From positions 4,775 to 68,774 of the forward strand of contig CAMDDJ010000007.1 in assembly GCA_945891385.1 (NCBI GenBank): a stretch of 64,000 bases of DNA. The letters are read 5' to 3'. The position numbers and the translations under genes were made by a program. The notes under the pieces were generated by a model. That model was not told the origin of the DNA. It saw nothing but the letters and a program-made list of their open reading frames with translations, and did no database searches. The stretch comes from Candidatus Kuenenia stuttgartensis. Its GTDB lineage: Bacteria; Planctomycetota; Planctomycetia; Pirellulales; UBA1268. Shown here in pieces: positions 41,001 through 50,141 of the stretch (its first letter is position 1; each line of letters opens with the position of its first letter).

Positions 41001-41963
41001 CCGTTCGAGGAAGGCGTCGAGTTGCTGGCCACCGGTGGCGATGCGGTGGGCAGCGGCGAAGGTGCCACCGAAGTCGTCGGGCCGCATGCCCGTGCCGCCG
41101 ATCTCGGCGGCGATCCGGGCCGCGAGCCGGACAACGTCGTCTTGGATCGTTCGGCCGCCGCTCCCGTCCGATACCCGGCCGTAGAGGAGCTTGCGGACCT
41201 CACCCAGGTAGTCGACTCCCATCAGGGCCCGGTTGCGGTAGTCAGGGCCGTCGGAGTATTCCGCGGTGAGGGCCCCATACTTGTCGAACTCCGCTTGGTG
41301 AGACAGGTTCAGGAGGTGACCGATCTCGTGGGCGATGCCACTCTGCCGGTAGAGAGCGTCGCCGGAGTTGATTGTGCCCTTGGGGCCGTCCTTCGAGAGC
41401 CATCCGACATACGCCGCACCGCCGTCGAAGTCGTTGGTGATCTGCATCCAGGCGAAGTTCTTGTCGGCCGGCCTGGTTGGAGGCTGCACGGTCGTGATGT
41501 TGACGTCGAACTGCGAGAAGAAGCCGGTGATGTCCCGCCAGCAATTGAAGATCGCCAGCTGCTCCGTGAAGTTGAAGTTCACCCGGTCGGCGTCGAGGCT
41601 GAAGGTGCCGCGGCCGTCTGCGTTGCGGGAGAAGTCGAGAAACACCTCGAGGCCGGCGCCGCTCGGCCGAGACTGGAGTATCGGAAGTCCGGTGGCCGTG
41701 ATCTTCACATCCCGAGGCAGGCTCGCGGCCTCGCCGGCTGCGGTGTCCGGAGCTGCCGCGGCACCCGCCTGGAGATCGACCGTGCCGGCCACCGCGAAAG
41801 AGCCCGTTGTCCAGAGCGGTACGGCTACGGGCGCCAGCGGCACAAAGGCTGCCATCACGCGGCGGGCCTCCAGCGCCTCGACGGCCAGGAGCCGACGGCG
41901 GGGGCGGTCGGGAAGGGAGCGGCGGCGGGCTGGCAAGCCGAACGAGGGCATGGCGATCTTCAC
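38082..41963 (-). CDS. giant secreted surface protein (metalloprotease-like HExxH domain, FN3-like repeats, beta-strand repeats, C-terminal dockerin-like repeats)
   Basis: 1293 aa. The N-terminus carries [28 protein letters not shown] maps to 41298-41330. There are several approximately 90-aa repeats of FN3 type, then [15 protein letters not shown] repeats. The C-terminus has [14 protein letters not shown] and [17 protein letters not shown] 41963 or ATG 41951 is the start. Confidence 0.85.
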   Translation of the reverse strand: MKIAMPSFGLPARRRSLPDRPRRRLLAVEALEARRVMAAFVPLAPVAVPLWTTGSFAVAGTVDLQAGAAAAPDTAAGEAASLPRDVKITATGLPILQSRPSGAGLEVFLDFSRNADGRGTFSLDADRVNFNFTEQLAIFNCWRDITGFFSQFDVNITTVQPPTRPADKNFAWMQITNDFDGGAAYVGWLSKDGPKGTINSGDALYRQSGIAHEIGHLLNLSHQAEFDKYGALTAEYSDGPDYRNRALMGVDYLGEVRKLLYGRVSDGSGGRTIQDDVVRLAARIAAEIGGTGMRPDDFGGTFAAAHRIATGGQQLDAFLERDADVDVFRIDVTAAGPWTFSATPLYYSQAEPRLELVDAAGTVLAARDDADYRNGPTNEQNLTVSLETGTYYVRVAGGGDYDEIGYYKFAATPLPVDFSSTDVGGPRVHGSVAYDATTGVFTQSGGGADIWGTSDQFRFTHATLAGNGSITARVDALDNIGWATKGGVMIRQSLDANSAHAFLGIRPDGTLDSIYRATARASSANVNNTGPAPWVRITRSGNQFTFASSADGLSWTTLGSRTIAMSGPVYVGLATCSFADSRFEAFTTFSNVAITGTTSPPTSPVNGLTPPTGVTAAPAAGASTSIDLSWTATAGAAGYVIERSVDGVGYAQVATVEAGITRYTDANVWGSMRWFYRVRAANGTATHSAPSVAVSTVNKPNAPTGSAAGYTPTVLGIGTTELFLNWTDTSGETGYRIERSTNGTSFTSIAALAANQTAYNAGGLTAGSAYTFRITPLTTIGDRITIPLVIATQTRMPAVSNLRVSSRAARSLTLAWNDSTLETGTRIERSTDGTNWTFLGDAAANATSWTDSGLAPGTQYQYRVMPFNPTFDGTISDPVVATTLVSSTPPAVANPAAASPTTVMGVTTVLTVLGSDDGGEASLIYTWTASGPGTVSFTGNGKNTSKRTTAIFTEAGSYTFTATITDAEQRSVTSSVTVTVVATPTSIGATSPMPAESSQQLTVLDQFGDPMPAGAGWIWSTTAGSISAAGLFTAVASGSATVLVTTESRQLATSITIVPAYTEIVFDVPAGETVTDATPRSGRERIVKRGAGTLILTGPNAHGDGTLVAAGTLLVANPYSLGTGPLDILAGGSVHFEVASQEVPLAGLALAATGRLELGAARLVIAAGGYDLAAIRGLLVSGRSGGSQTGPGITSAIVAGTAFRELGYRVSPEGALVIQPAVVGDTNLDGSVNIQDLIALSAGGRYGTSVTDVHWWEGDFTYDGRFSIADLITMVSSGLYGTGPVTPTARLPR

Positions 41964-42056
41964 GGCTGGTCGTCGGGGTGTGAGCTCGTGGCCCGCCTCC
42001 CGCGGCCTCCCGGTAGCCTAAGGTCGTCCGGGCTTTTCGTCACCGATCGGGCATGG

Positions 42057-42078
42057 GATTCGTCGGCCCCGACGAATC
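42057..42078. promoter_or_regulatory. palindrome GATTCGTCGG-CC-CCGACGAATC in a divergent promoter region
   Basis: 10-bp perfect arms read directly from the sequence. The site lies between the giant-protein gene and the DUF1559 gene. Confidence 0.3.
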
Positions 42079-42124
42079 GGATCTCGGGCCGCTCGAACGC
42101 TCGCGGTCCCCCCTGGCCCGGGAC

Positions 42125-42136
42125 GGTTCCGGAACC
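42125..42136. promoter_or_regulatory. perfect 12-bp palindrome GGTTCCGGAACC
   Basis: Read directly from the sequence, 80 nt upstream of ATG 42216. Confidence 0.3.
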
Positions 42137-42215
42137 GGCGCCGGGCTGGCGATTCCGCCGGGCGGTCGCTAGGCTACGCCGCCGGGGGGAATTCGTGGCG
42201 GGGAGGACGGATGCA

Positions 42216-43193
42216 ATGTGCCGAACAGCCGCGCGGCGGCAGCCCACGCATGGTTTCACGCTCGTCGAACTCCTCGTGGTGATTGCGATCATCGCCACGT
42301 TGATCGGACTCTTGTTGCCGGCGGTGCAATCCGCGCGGGAATCGGCCCGGCGGATTCAGTGCGGCAACCGGCTGAGGCAGATCGGCCTGGGCGTGCTCAG
42401 CCATGAGTCGGCCCGCAAAGCCTTGCCGGCCGGTAGCGTGTCGCAGGGGAGCGGCATCAACGGCCCCTACTACGGCACCTGGACGCTCGAACTCCTGCCA
42501 TTCCTCGAGGCCGCCGATCTCCATGCGAACTGGAACCAGGCGAATCCACTGGAGCATGCCACCAACAAAAATCTCCGTGAGACCAGGACGGCGGCCTACG
42601 TCTGTCCGTCCGATGTGTTCACCCAAGAGCTTCACCGGCCGGAATCGGGGCCGGGGGTGAGCGTGGCTTGGGCGGCCGGCTCCTATCGGGCGATGTCCGG
42701 GCATTCGCTCGGGCAGGACGGTGACCACTACTGGGACAACCCGCAGTCTTCGTACACCCAGCATGCGCGGGCCATGCCCGAAACCTGGCGAGGGCCGATG
42801 CACGCCACGATCCGCAGCCCGGGCACGAACCGAGGACGGGAGCCGGTCAAGCTTGGCAAGATCACCGACGGCACCTCCAACACGCTCCTCGTCGGCGAAT
42901 ACCATACCCGCACGATGCAGAGCCGTCGGACCCTGTGGGCCTACGGGTACACCTCCTACAACCAGTCGAGCGGCTTCTTCGAGAGCCGGACCCTGATTCC
43001 CGACTACGATCGGTGTGTGGCGATCGGCGGGGGCGGCATCCACACCTGCAAGCGCGGCTGGGGCAGCCTGCACGTGGGCGGAATCCAATTCGTCTCGTGC
43101 GACGGTTCGGTGCGGAGCATCGCCGACACGGTTGACATGCAGCTCTTCGTGGCCGCCTCGACGATCGCCAACAATGAAACCGACTCATTCTGA
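42216..43193 (+). CDS. DUF1559 / H-X9-DG family protein with prepilin-type N-terminal methylation helix
   Basis: [57 protein letters not shown] and [14 protein letters not shown] (H-X9-DG). This is only the last 325 codons of the 1663-aa ORF. Confidence 0.85.
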   Translation: MCRTAARRQPTHGFTLVELLVVIAIIATLIGLLLPAVQSARESARRIQCGNRLRQIGLGVLSHESARKALPAGSVSQGSGINGPYYGTWTLELLPFLEAADLHANWNQANPLEHATNKNLRETRTAAYVCPSDVFTQELHRPESGPGVSVAWAAGSYRAMSGHSLGQDGDHYWDNPQSSYTQHARAMPETWRGPMHATIRSPGTNRGREPVKLGKITDGTSNTLLVGEYHTRTMQSRRTLWAYGYTSYNQSSGFFESRTLIPDYDRCVAIGGGGIHTCKRGWGSLHVGGIQFVSCDGSVRSIADTVDMQLFVAASTIANNETDSF

Positions 43194-43635
43194 TGGCCCG
43201 TGGCGGGCCGCGACCTCGTCCGTGATGCTGCTTGCGAGCCTGCTCGGCTGCAGTGGGCGGCCCTATGACGTCGCGCCGGTGGCGGGCCTTGTGACGCTCG
43301 ACGGCGAGCCGCTTGCACGTGGTGTGGTGAACTTTCAGCCGATCGCGGCCACGAACAGCACCTCCCCCGGGCCTGGCTCGACCGGGCGGCTCAGCCCCGA
43401 TGGCCGCTACGTCCTCGAACTCCTCGACGGGAGTCCCGGCGCCGTCGTCGGCGAGCATCGGGTGCGGATCTACTCTGTCGTCGCGGAGGGGCCTGCCGCG
43501 GCCGATACCGACCAGCCTGGTCGGCCGCGGGAGCGGGTGCCGGCCCGCTTCAACTATCAGACCGAACTGAGGATCATGGTGCCGGCTGCCGGAACCTCGG
43601 CTGCGGATTTCGCCCTCACGAGCGACGTTCGCTGA
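43174..43635 (+). CDS. small lipoprotein (DUF1559-partner type, carboxypeptidase-regulatory-like beta sandwich?)
   Basis: ATG 43174 with lipobox [23 protein letters not shown] and HRVRIY patterns. Overlaps the DUF1559 gene by 20 nt. Confidence 0.6.
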   Translation: MKPTHSDGPWRAATSSVMLLASLLGCSGRPYDVAPVAGLVTLDGEPLARGVVNFQPIAATNSTSPGPGSTGRLSPDGRYVLELLDGSPGAVVGEHRVRIYSVVAEGPAAADTDQPGRPRERVPARFNYQTELRIMVPAAGTSAADFALTSDVR

Positions 43636-43707
43636 GCGTTCCGCGGGCGACGGGGGAGCGCATGGGAGTACGATTGGGGGCGGGATTGTTTGGCACGAGG
43701 GTCGGTC

Positions 43708-44892
43708 ATGTCGTCGATGGTTCGGCTCGTGTGTGTGTGCGTTGCTGCCGCGGCGATGGAGACGGGCGTCGCGGCAGAGCGCTCGGGCGCTGAAAAAGAG
43801 GTGGCCCCGGGGCCGCTCCGGATCACCTCGCCGGTGCCCGAGGGCGACTACGACGTGACGGTGACCTTCGGCCATCCGACGCGGCGGACGGCGGTCACCG
43901 TCAAGGCCGAGGCCCGGCGGCTGATGCTCCAGAATCTCAGGGTCGAGCCCGGGCAGTCGGCGACGCGGACGTTCACCGTCGCCGTCAAGCGGCCGACGCT
44001 CGCCTCCGGTCGGCGGATCACGCTCAAGCCGTCGCAGCCTGCCGTGAACTGGGACGACGGGCTGTCGCTCGAGTTCTCCGGCAGCGACCCGAACGTGGCG
44101 GCGGTGACGATCGAGCCGGCCGAGGACTGTGTGCATGTCTTCCTCGCCGGTGACTCGACCGTCACCGATCAGGATGGCCCGCTCTATACCGGCTGGGGGC
44201 AGATGCTCCCGCGGTTTTTCCGGTCCGGGGTGGCGGTGGTGAACAACGCCCAGTCGGGCGACTCGCTCCGGTCGTTTCGCGCGAACGGCCTGCTCGATCA
44301 GATCTGGGAGCGGGCTCGTCCGGGCGACTTCGTCCTCATTCAGTTCGGGCACAACGACCAGAAAGACACCCGAGCAGGAGCTGGGGCGTTCACGACCTTC
44401 ACACGGGATCTCGAGGACTACGTGGCCGCCGCCCGGGAGCGACAGCTGGAGGTGGTGCTCGTCACCCCCATGGAGCGGCGGCGATTTCAGGCGGGCATGC
44501 CGCTGCCGACGCTCGCCGACTTCGCCGCAGCGATGCGGCAGGTGGGGCGGGAGCGGAATGTGCCCGTGATCGACCTCCATGCTGCAAGCCTGAAACTCTA
44601 TGCGGCGCTCGGGCCCGAGGGCTCGAAGCAGGTGTTTCTCCACTACCCCGCCGGGGCCGCCCCCGATGGCCGCCAGGAGCCGTTGGCCGACGACAGCCAC
44701 TTCGACAACTACGGCGGGTACGAACTGGCCCGGATCGTGGCGACCGGCATCAGCGAACAGGTGCCGAAGCTTCGCGATCGCCTGGCCGAAGACTTCGTGC
44801 CGTTCGATCCGACGCGACCGGATCCGATCGAAGCCGTCGTGCTGCCACTGAGCCTGACCTCCCCGACGATCGGCACGCCCGAGGGCAGTTGA
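43708..44892 (+). CDS. SGNH/GDSL hydrolase (rhamnogalacturonan acetylesterase-like) with an N-terminal beta-rich domain
   Basis: Motifs FLAGDSTV, NNAQSGDS, IQFGHND and DDSHF. Signal peptide runs from ATG 43708. Confidence 0.75.
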   Translation: MSSMVRLVCVCVAAAAMETGVAAERSGAEKEVAPGPLRITSPVPEGDYDVTVTFGHPTRRTAVTVKAEARRLMLQNLRVEPGQSATRTFTVAVKRPTLASGRRITLKPSQPAVNWDDGLSLEFSGSDPNVAAVTIEPAEDCVHVFLAGDSTVTDQDGPLYTGWGQMLPRFFRSGVAVVNNAQSGDSLRSFRANGLLDQIWERARPGDFVLIQFGHNDQKDTRAGAGAFTTFTRDLEDYVAAARERQLEVVLVTPMERRRFQAGMPLPTLADFAAAMRQVGRERNVPVIDLHAASLKLYAALGPEGSKQVFLHYPAGAAPDGRQEPLADDSHFDNYGGYELARIVATGISEQVPKLRDRLAEDFVPFDPTRPDPIEAVVLPLSLTSPTIGTPEGS

Positions 44893-44976
44893 GCCCCGTC
44901 TCTTCGACCGCCGCGATCACGCTGCTGCAGCCGGGGGTCGTGGTGCCCCTGCTATGCGACCGGTACACTCCGCGGC

Positions 44977-45963
44977 ATGAAGACACGAGCATTTGGCCGG
45001 ACGGGGCGGAACGTCTCCGAGGTGAGCTTCGGAGCCTGGGGAATCGGTGGACGTGACTGGGGCGGCGCCGACGAGGCTGAGTCGATGGCCACGCTCCATG
45101 CGGCCCTCGATTGCGGGATCAATTTCTTCGACACGGCCGACGTCTACGGCGATGGGCTCTCCGAACGGCTGATCGCACGGCTGCGGCGTGAACGAAGCGA
45201 GCCATTCGCTGTGGCCACGAAGGCCGGCCGCCGACTCAATCCCCACACGGCCGCAGGCTACACGGCCGAGAACCTCGAGGCCTTCGTCGATCGCAGCCTC
45301 CGGAACCTCGCGGTCGAGCGGATTGACCTGTTGCAACTGCATTGCCCACCCACCGACGTCTACTACCGGCCCGAGGTGTTCGCCACGCTCGACGGGCTCG
45401 TGGCCGCGGGCAAGATCCGGTACTACGGCGTCAGCGTCGAGAAGGTCGAGGAGGCGCTCAAGGCCATCGAATATCCTGGCGTGCAGAGCGTGCAGATCAT
45501 CTTCAACGCATTTCGGGTGCGGCCGGCGGAGCTCTTCTTCGAACAGGCGGCGAAGCGGCGGACGGCTGTGATCGTGCGAGTGCCGCTCGCCAGCGGCCTG
45601 CTCTCGGGACGGTTCGACCGTGCGACCGTGTTTCCTGCCGCCGACCACCGGGCCTTCAACCGGGAGGGAGCCGGGTTCGACCGGGGCGAGACCTTCGCCG
45701 GCGTCGACTATGAGATCGGCCTGGCGGCCGTCGAGCGGCTCCGGCCGCTGGTGCCGCCCGGGGCAACGCTCGCCCAATTCGCCCTGCGCTGGATTCTGTC
45801 GTTCGAGGCGGTGAGTTGCGTCATTCCGGGGGCCCGCCGGCCCGACCAGGTGATCGCCAACGCCGCCGCCTCAGACCTGCCTCCGCTCGACGCGGCCACG
45901 ATGGCGGCCGTGCAGGAAATCTATGACGGGCTCATCCGGCCGCTCGTCCACCACCGCTGGTAG
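44977..45963 (+). CDS. aldo/keto reductase
   Basis: Motifs GAWGIGG, FFDTADVYGDGLSE, DLLQLH and YYGVS. Confidence 0.9.
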   Translation: MKTRAFGRTGRNVSEVSFGAWGIGGRDWGGADEAESMATLHAALDCGINFFDTADVYGDGLSERLIARLRRERSEPFAVATKAGRRLNPHTAAGYTAENLEAFVDRSLRNLAVERIDLLQLHCPPTDVYYRPEVFATLDGLVAAGKIRYYGVSVEKVEEALKAIEYPGVQSVQIIFNAFRVRPAELFFEQAAKRRTAVIVRVPLASGLLSGRFDRATVFPAADHRAFNREGAGFDRGETFAGVDYEIGLAAVERLRPLVPPGATLAQFALRWILSFEAVSCVIPGARRPDQVIANAAASDLPPLDAATMAAVQEIYDGLIRPLVHHRW

Positions 45964-45988
45964 GGCCACCAGGGTAGACTCCGCGGCC

Positions 45989-46894
45989 ATGCGAATCCTG
46001 TTACTCGGCAAGAATGGTCAGGTGGGCTGGGAGCTCCAGCGGTCGCTCGCGATCCTGGGCGAGGTCGTGGCCTGCGACTTCGATTCAGTGAGCGACCTGC
46101 GGGCCGACTTCACCGATCCCGAATCGCTCGGCCCGCTGATCCGGCGTGTGCATCCCGATGTGATCGTCAACGCCGCCGCCCACACGGCGGTGGACAAGGC
46201 TGAGACTGAGCCCGACCTCGCCGAGGCGATCAATGCCACCGCACCGGGCGTGATCGGTCGCGAGGCCGCCGCGGTCGAAGCGGCCGTGATCCACTACAGC
46301 ACCGACTACGTCTTCGACGGCAGTGGCGATCAGCCGCGAGATGAGGCGGCGGCGACCGGTCCTTTGAGCGTCTACGGCCGGACGAAACTCGCCGGCGAAG
46401 CGGCGGTGCAGGAGAGTGGCTGCCGGCACGTCATCCTACGGACGAGTTGGGTCTACGCGGCCCGGGGCCACAACTTCATCCGCACGATGCTTCGGCTCGC
46501 GGCCGAGCGGGACGAGTTGAAGGTGATTGACGACCAGGTCGGCGCGCCGACTGGCGCCGACCTGCTTGCCGACGTCACGGCCGTGGTGCTGAGTCGGCTG
46601 CTGGTGGATCCCAGGGCGGGCGGCACCTACCACTGCGTTGCGGCGGGTGAGACGACCTGGCATGGCTTCGCCCGATTCGTCATCGACTGGGCGCGCGGGC
46701 ACGGGCTGCCGGTGAAGGTGGAGTCCCAACGGATCCTTCCGGTACCGACGACCGAATACCCGACCCCTGCCCGCCGGCCGCACAATTCCCGGCTCGATAC
46801 GACCAAACTTCGTCAAACCTTTGGCCTCGTGCTCCCGCCCTGGGAGCACGGCGTGGAGCGGACGCTCGTCGAGGTGACCAGCGCGATCCGGTGA
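45989..46894 (+). CDS. rfbD: dTDP-4-dehydrorhamnose reductase
   Basis: MRILLLGKNGQVGWEL, NAAAHTAVDKAE, STDYVFDG, YGRTKLAGE and DQVGAPT. Confidence 0.9.
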   Translation: MRILLLGKNGQVGWELQRSLAILGEVVACDFDSVSDLRADFTDPESLGPLIRRVHPDVIVNAAAHTAVDKAETEPDLAEAINATAPGVIGREAAAVEAAVIHYSTDYVFDGSGDQPRDEAAATGPLSVYGRTKLAGEAAVQESGCRHVILRTSWVYAARGHNFIRTMLRLAAERDELKVIDDQVGAPTGADLLADVTAVVLSRLLVDPRAGGTYHCVAAGETTWHGFARFVIDWARGHGLPVKVESQRILPVPTTEYPTPARRPHNSRLDTTKLRQTFGLVLPPWEHGVERTLVEVTSAIR

Positions 46895-46953
46895 CCGGCT
46901 GCTCCGATGCAGAGGAGGTCCTTATCAGGACGGGTGGGGATGTCTTGAGTGGT

Positions 46954-47559
46954 ATGCTTCCCGCTCCCGGTGGTCCGGAGGGGCACGTGCGATTCTTTCC
47001 CTTGTTCGTTGCGGTCGCGGCCTTCGCAGCAAGCGCGGCGGCAGGCGATGGCACCGACGAGATCAGGTCTCTCTCGGTCTCGACGGCGAGCCAGTGCGTC
47101 GTTCGCAACAAGGACGTTTTGTCTCTGAACGGTCTCACCGACCTGTCGGGCGAGGCTGCCGAAGTACTGGGCAGCCACGGGGGGCGACTGTTTCTGGCCG
47201 GTCTTCGGTCGCTCACGCCGGAAGCGGCGGCTGGTCTGGCCAAGCACAGGCGGTGGCTCTTTCTCAACGGCTTGAAGGAACTCCCGCCTGGTGTGGCCGA
47301 GGAACTCAGCCTCCACAAGGGCTGGCTGTCGCTCAACGGCGTCACGCAGGTGTCGCCGGAACTGGCCCGGATTCTCGCGCGGCACCGCGGCCGACTGTTT
47401 CTCGACGGCGTGACAGCGGTCACGCCCGAGGTCGCCGAGATCTTTGCCATGAACCGGGCGACCGAACTTTCACTCGACGGCCTCGAGTCTCCCTCGCCTG
47501 AAGTGATCGCCATCCTCAAGCGAAACCCGAAGATTATTCTGCCGCGACAGGTTCGCTAG
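46954..47559 (+). CDS. secreted repeat protein with six ~23-24-aa leucine-rich-repeat-like units
   Basis: The units LSLNGLTDLSGEAAEVLGSHGGR, LFLAGLRSLTPEAAAGLAKHRRW, LFLNGLKELPPGVAEELSLHKGW and so on are read from the translation. GTG 46891 (GTGA overlap with rfbD) is an alternative start. Confidence 0.55.
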   Translation: MLPAPGGPEGHVRFFPLFVAVAAFAASAAAGDGTDEIRSLSVSTASQCVVRNKDVLSLNGLTDLSGEAAEVLGSHGGRLFLAGLRSLTPEAAAGLAKHRRWLFLNGLKELPPGVAEELSLHKGWLSLNGVTQVSPELARILARHRGRLFLDGVTAVTPEVAEIFAMNRATELSLDGLESPSPEVIAILKRNPKIILPRQVR

Positions 47560-47699
47560 GCTTCGTCCTGGCCAGGTGGCTCACCGGCTCGGGGGTGGCC
47601 AGAGTCGCGTCGCGGGCGAGGATACGCTCCGATGCTCCGCGGTCGTTCGCCGACCCCCGAGCCTTCCTTGACGATGAGGGACCGAGAGGTGCGCCCGAT

Positions 47700-49724
47700 C
47701 TAGTGCGTGGTCATGTCGCCCGAGAGGGCTATGGCTTCGACGACCGTCTTGGTGCCGATGGGCTGCTTGTCGGTTCGTGGTCCGTCTACGCTGCCGGACG
47801 GCCACGTGGCCGGGTCGGCGTAGAGCCCGTCGTCTTCGTAGGTCTTTTGAAGCCGGGTGAGTTCGGCCTTGAGGGCCGCGAAGGTTGTCGCCACCTCCGG
47901 GGTGGCAGCCTCGGCCGGATCGAAGAGCAGATTACGTTGCTCGAAGGGATCCGCGACGAGATCGAAGAGTTCCCAGGCGTCCTTCTTCCAGTAATGGATG
48001 AGCTTGTGGGTCGCCGTTCGCACGCCGTAGTGGGCCCGCGTGTCGTGGTGGCCAGGATCGTGGTAGTAGCGGTAGTAGATGCTCCGCCGCCAACCGGCGG
48101 GCGTCTCACCGCGGAGTAGCGGCGTCAGGCTCTGGCCCTGCATGGACTCGGGAACCGGCAGGCCCGCCAGATCGAGAAAGGTCGGCGCAAGATCGACGTT
48201 GGCCGCGAAGGCGTCGGGCTCGCGGCCCGGTGCGATTCCCGGGCCGCGGGCGATGAGTGGCACCCGCAGGCCCGGTTCGTACATGAACCGCTTGTCGTAG
48301 AGCCCGAGGTCGCCGAGATACCAGCCGTTGTCGGTGGAGTAGATGACGATCGTCTCGTCGGCGAGTCCCACCTCGTCGAGATAGTCGAGCAGTTGGCCGA
48401 CGGAGTCGTCCACGCCCTGGACGCAGGCCAGGTAGTCCTGCATGAAGCGGCGATACTTCCAGCGGACGAGTTCGGGGCCAGTGAGCGTCTTGCCATCGAC
48501 CTCGACGCTTTCAGGCTTCGTGCTGAGCCATTGCTGCCGGGCCTTACCGTTGAGTTCGGCCGGCGGCTCTCGCTTCAGGTCGCGGTTCGTCAGGTCATGA
48601 GCGATCGTCTGGCGGTTCTCGGGCAGTGCAGCAGGGCGAGTGGCGTAGTCGTCCCAGAGGGTAGCGGGCTCGGGAAAGGTGGCGTTCTTGAACCGGGCCT
48701 TGTTGCGGTCGTCCGGTGACCATTCTCGGTGCGGAGCCTTGTGGTGAAGCATCAGGAAGAACGGTTTCCCGGCGGGCCGGGTCTTGATGAATTCGATCCC
48801 CAGGTCGGTCGTGATCCCGGTGCAGTGGCCTTCGATCGTGAGGGATCCCTGAGGCAGGAGGAACGTGGGGTTCCAATACGCACCCTGGCCCGGCAGCACG
48901 ATCCAGCGGTCGAATCCGGTGGGATCGGAGCCGAGATGCCATTTGCCGACCATGCCCGTGTGGTAGCCGCCCTTCTGAAGGTGTTTCGCGACGGTGTCGC
49001 GTGCGCCATCGAAGGTGTTGAACACGGGCACGCCGTTCTTGTGGGAGTATTGTCCCGTGAGCAGTGTGGCCCGGCTTGGAGAGCAGATTGAATTCGTGAC
49101 GAAGGAGTTGGTGAACCGGGCCCCGCCTGCGGCCAGCCGGTCGAGATGAGGGGTGGTGTTGACCTTCGACCCATAGCAGGAGATGGCGTGCTCGGCGTGA
49201 TCGTCGGAGAAGATGACGAGGATGTTGGGCTGTCGGGCCAGCCGGCTGCGGTGCCCGACGGGAACGAGCCGCACCTCACGGATGTCGCAGCAGGCCGAAT
49301 TGGCGATCGCCTTGGGCTGAAGGCGGAGGGTGTGCGACCCGGCAGGAACCCTCAGTCGCCCGACGGCCACGGGCTTGAACGCCTGAAAGTGCCCGGTTTC
49401 TTCGACCGTGAACTCGAGCGTGGTGGCGGCACCGCCGTCGGGGCTGGTCAACGTCGCCTGCATCCGGCTTCCACCCTGCCCCGCCCCGCAGCCCTGGAGC
49501 ACTTCGAGGTCGTACTCGGCGGGATCTCGAGTGGTGAACGTCCATTCGGCGGCGTCGTCGGCCTCGGTCCAGAAGCCGAGCGTCCGCTTGTGGGGTTCGG
49601 TCTCGAAGCGGAGCTTGCGGCCATGGATTGCGGCGGCATGGCCGGGGAGGATGATGTCGCCGCCGTTGGCGAACGCCGAGTCCACGAGTAGCAAGCCAGC
49701 CAGGAACAGGACGGTGCGTTGCAT
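47700..49724 (-). CDS. sulfatase (formylglycine-dependent) with an N-terminal ~150-aa beta-rich domain
   Basis: The CSPSRATLLTG motif is preceded by ILVIFSDDH. Signal peptide MQRTVLFLAGLLLVDSAFA. Confidence 0.9.
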   Translation of the reverse strand: MQRTVLFLAGLLLVDSAFANGGDIILPGHAAAIHGRKLRFETEPHKRTLGFWTEADDAAEWTFTTRDPAEYDLEVLQGCGAGQGGSRMQATLTSPDGGAATTLEFTVEETGHFQAFKPVAVGRLRVPAGSHTLRLQPKAIANSACCDIREVRLVPVGHRSRLARQPNILVIFSDDHAEHAISCYGSKVNTTPHLDRLAAGGARFTNSFVTNSICSPSRATLLTGQYSHKNGVPVFNTFDGARDTVAKHLQKGGYHTGMVGKWHLGSDPTGFDRWIVLPGQGAYWNPTFLLPQGSLTIEGHCTGITTDLGIEFIKTRPAGKPFFLMLHHKAPHREWSPDDRNKARFKNATFPEPATLWDDYATRPAALPENRQTIAHDLTNRDLKREPPAELNGKARQQWLSTKPESVEVDGKTLTGPELVRWKYRRFMQDYLACVQGVDDSVGQLLDYLDEVGLADETIVIYSTDNGWYLGDLGLYDKRFMYEPGLRVPLIARGPGIAPGREPDAFAANVDLAPTFLDLAGLPVPESMQGQSLTPLLRGETPAGWRRSIYYRYYHDPGHHDTRAHYGVRTATHKLIHYWKKDAWELFDLVADPFEQRNLLFDPAEAATPEVATTFAALKAELTRLQKTYEDDGLYADPATWPSGSVDGPRTDKQPIGTKTVVEAIALSGDMTTH

Positions 49725-49770
49725 GGGAAACCCCCGGATGAATCTTGTGCAGGCAAGCTATCGTACGGCC

Positions 49771-49815
49771 GAACCAGGCCGCCGAGCCATCAGCGTTGCC
49801 GGCTCGGCCTGGTTC
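49771..49815. other. imperfect 15-bp GC-rich hairpin (GAACCAGGCC[GCC]GAGCC ... GGCTCGGCCTGGTTC)
   Basis: Read directly from the sequence. It lies in the 417-nt gap between the sulfatase start and the ABC-F gene, upstream of the tRNA-like gene. Confidence 0.4.
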
Positions 49816-49966
49816 TGCTCGGCAATCGGCCGAAAACAGCCCCTCCCCCATCCTGCTCGGCGGACGATATACTTCGAATCCGACTACGAAATTCAGCCCC
49901 GCTCGCCCCATGTCGGGGCGGTGGATGATGGGCCTGCCAGCGGGCCCATGCGGATTCTCGTGTGTT

Positions 49967-50048
49967 GGAGGGTAAGCGAATGGCTAGCGGCGACACTGGA
50001 AATGTCGTGCCGGGAAACCGGTTGTGGGTTCGAGTCCCATGCCCTCCG
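49967..50048 (+). tRNA. tRNA-Ser(GGA)-like gene, atypical D arm
   Basis: The acceptor stem is GGAGGGT/GCCCTCC. The anticodon stem is CGACA/TGTCG with loop CTGGAAA. There is a long variable arm GCCGG-GAAA-CCGGT, a T arm GTGGG-TTCGAGT-CCCAT and discriminator G, with no encoded CCA. Position 8 is A, and the D-stem halves (GCG...GCG) are not complementary. Confidence 0.65.
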
Positions 50049-50141
50049 CTGAATGTCACGAATCTCATGCTGTTCAGGCATGGAGGCAGTCCGGCCGTCG
50101 GCGGCTTGGGCTGAGCGGCACCGCCGCGATCATGGAGCGCG

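Noticed and set aside
38202-43193. 1663-aa plus-strand ORF, the longest in the track
   Set aside because: Up to about 41.96 kb it runs antisense to the well-supported giant surface-protein gene. Its translation there is Arg/Gly/Pro/Asp-rich with no motifs, which is typical of stop-free off-frames in high-GC DNA. Only its last 325 codons (42216-43193) form a real DUF1559 gene.
42862-44700. 612-aa minus-strand ORF
   Set aside because: It is antisense to the DUF1559, lipoprotein and SGNH hydrolase genes. Arg/Pro-rich with no recognisable domain.
49725-50141. Integration hotspot or mobile element next to the tRNA-like gene
   Set aside because: No integrase, no direct repeat of the tRNA 3' end and no compositional island are visible on either side.
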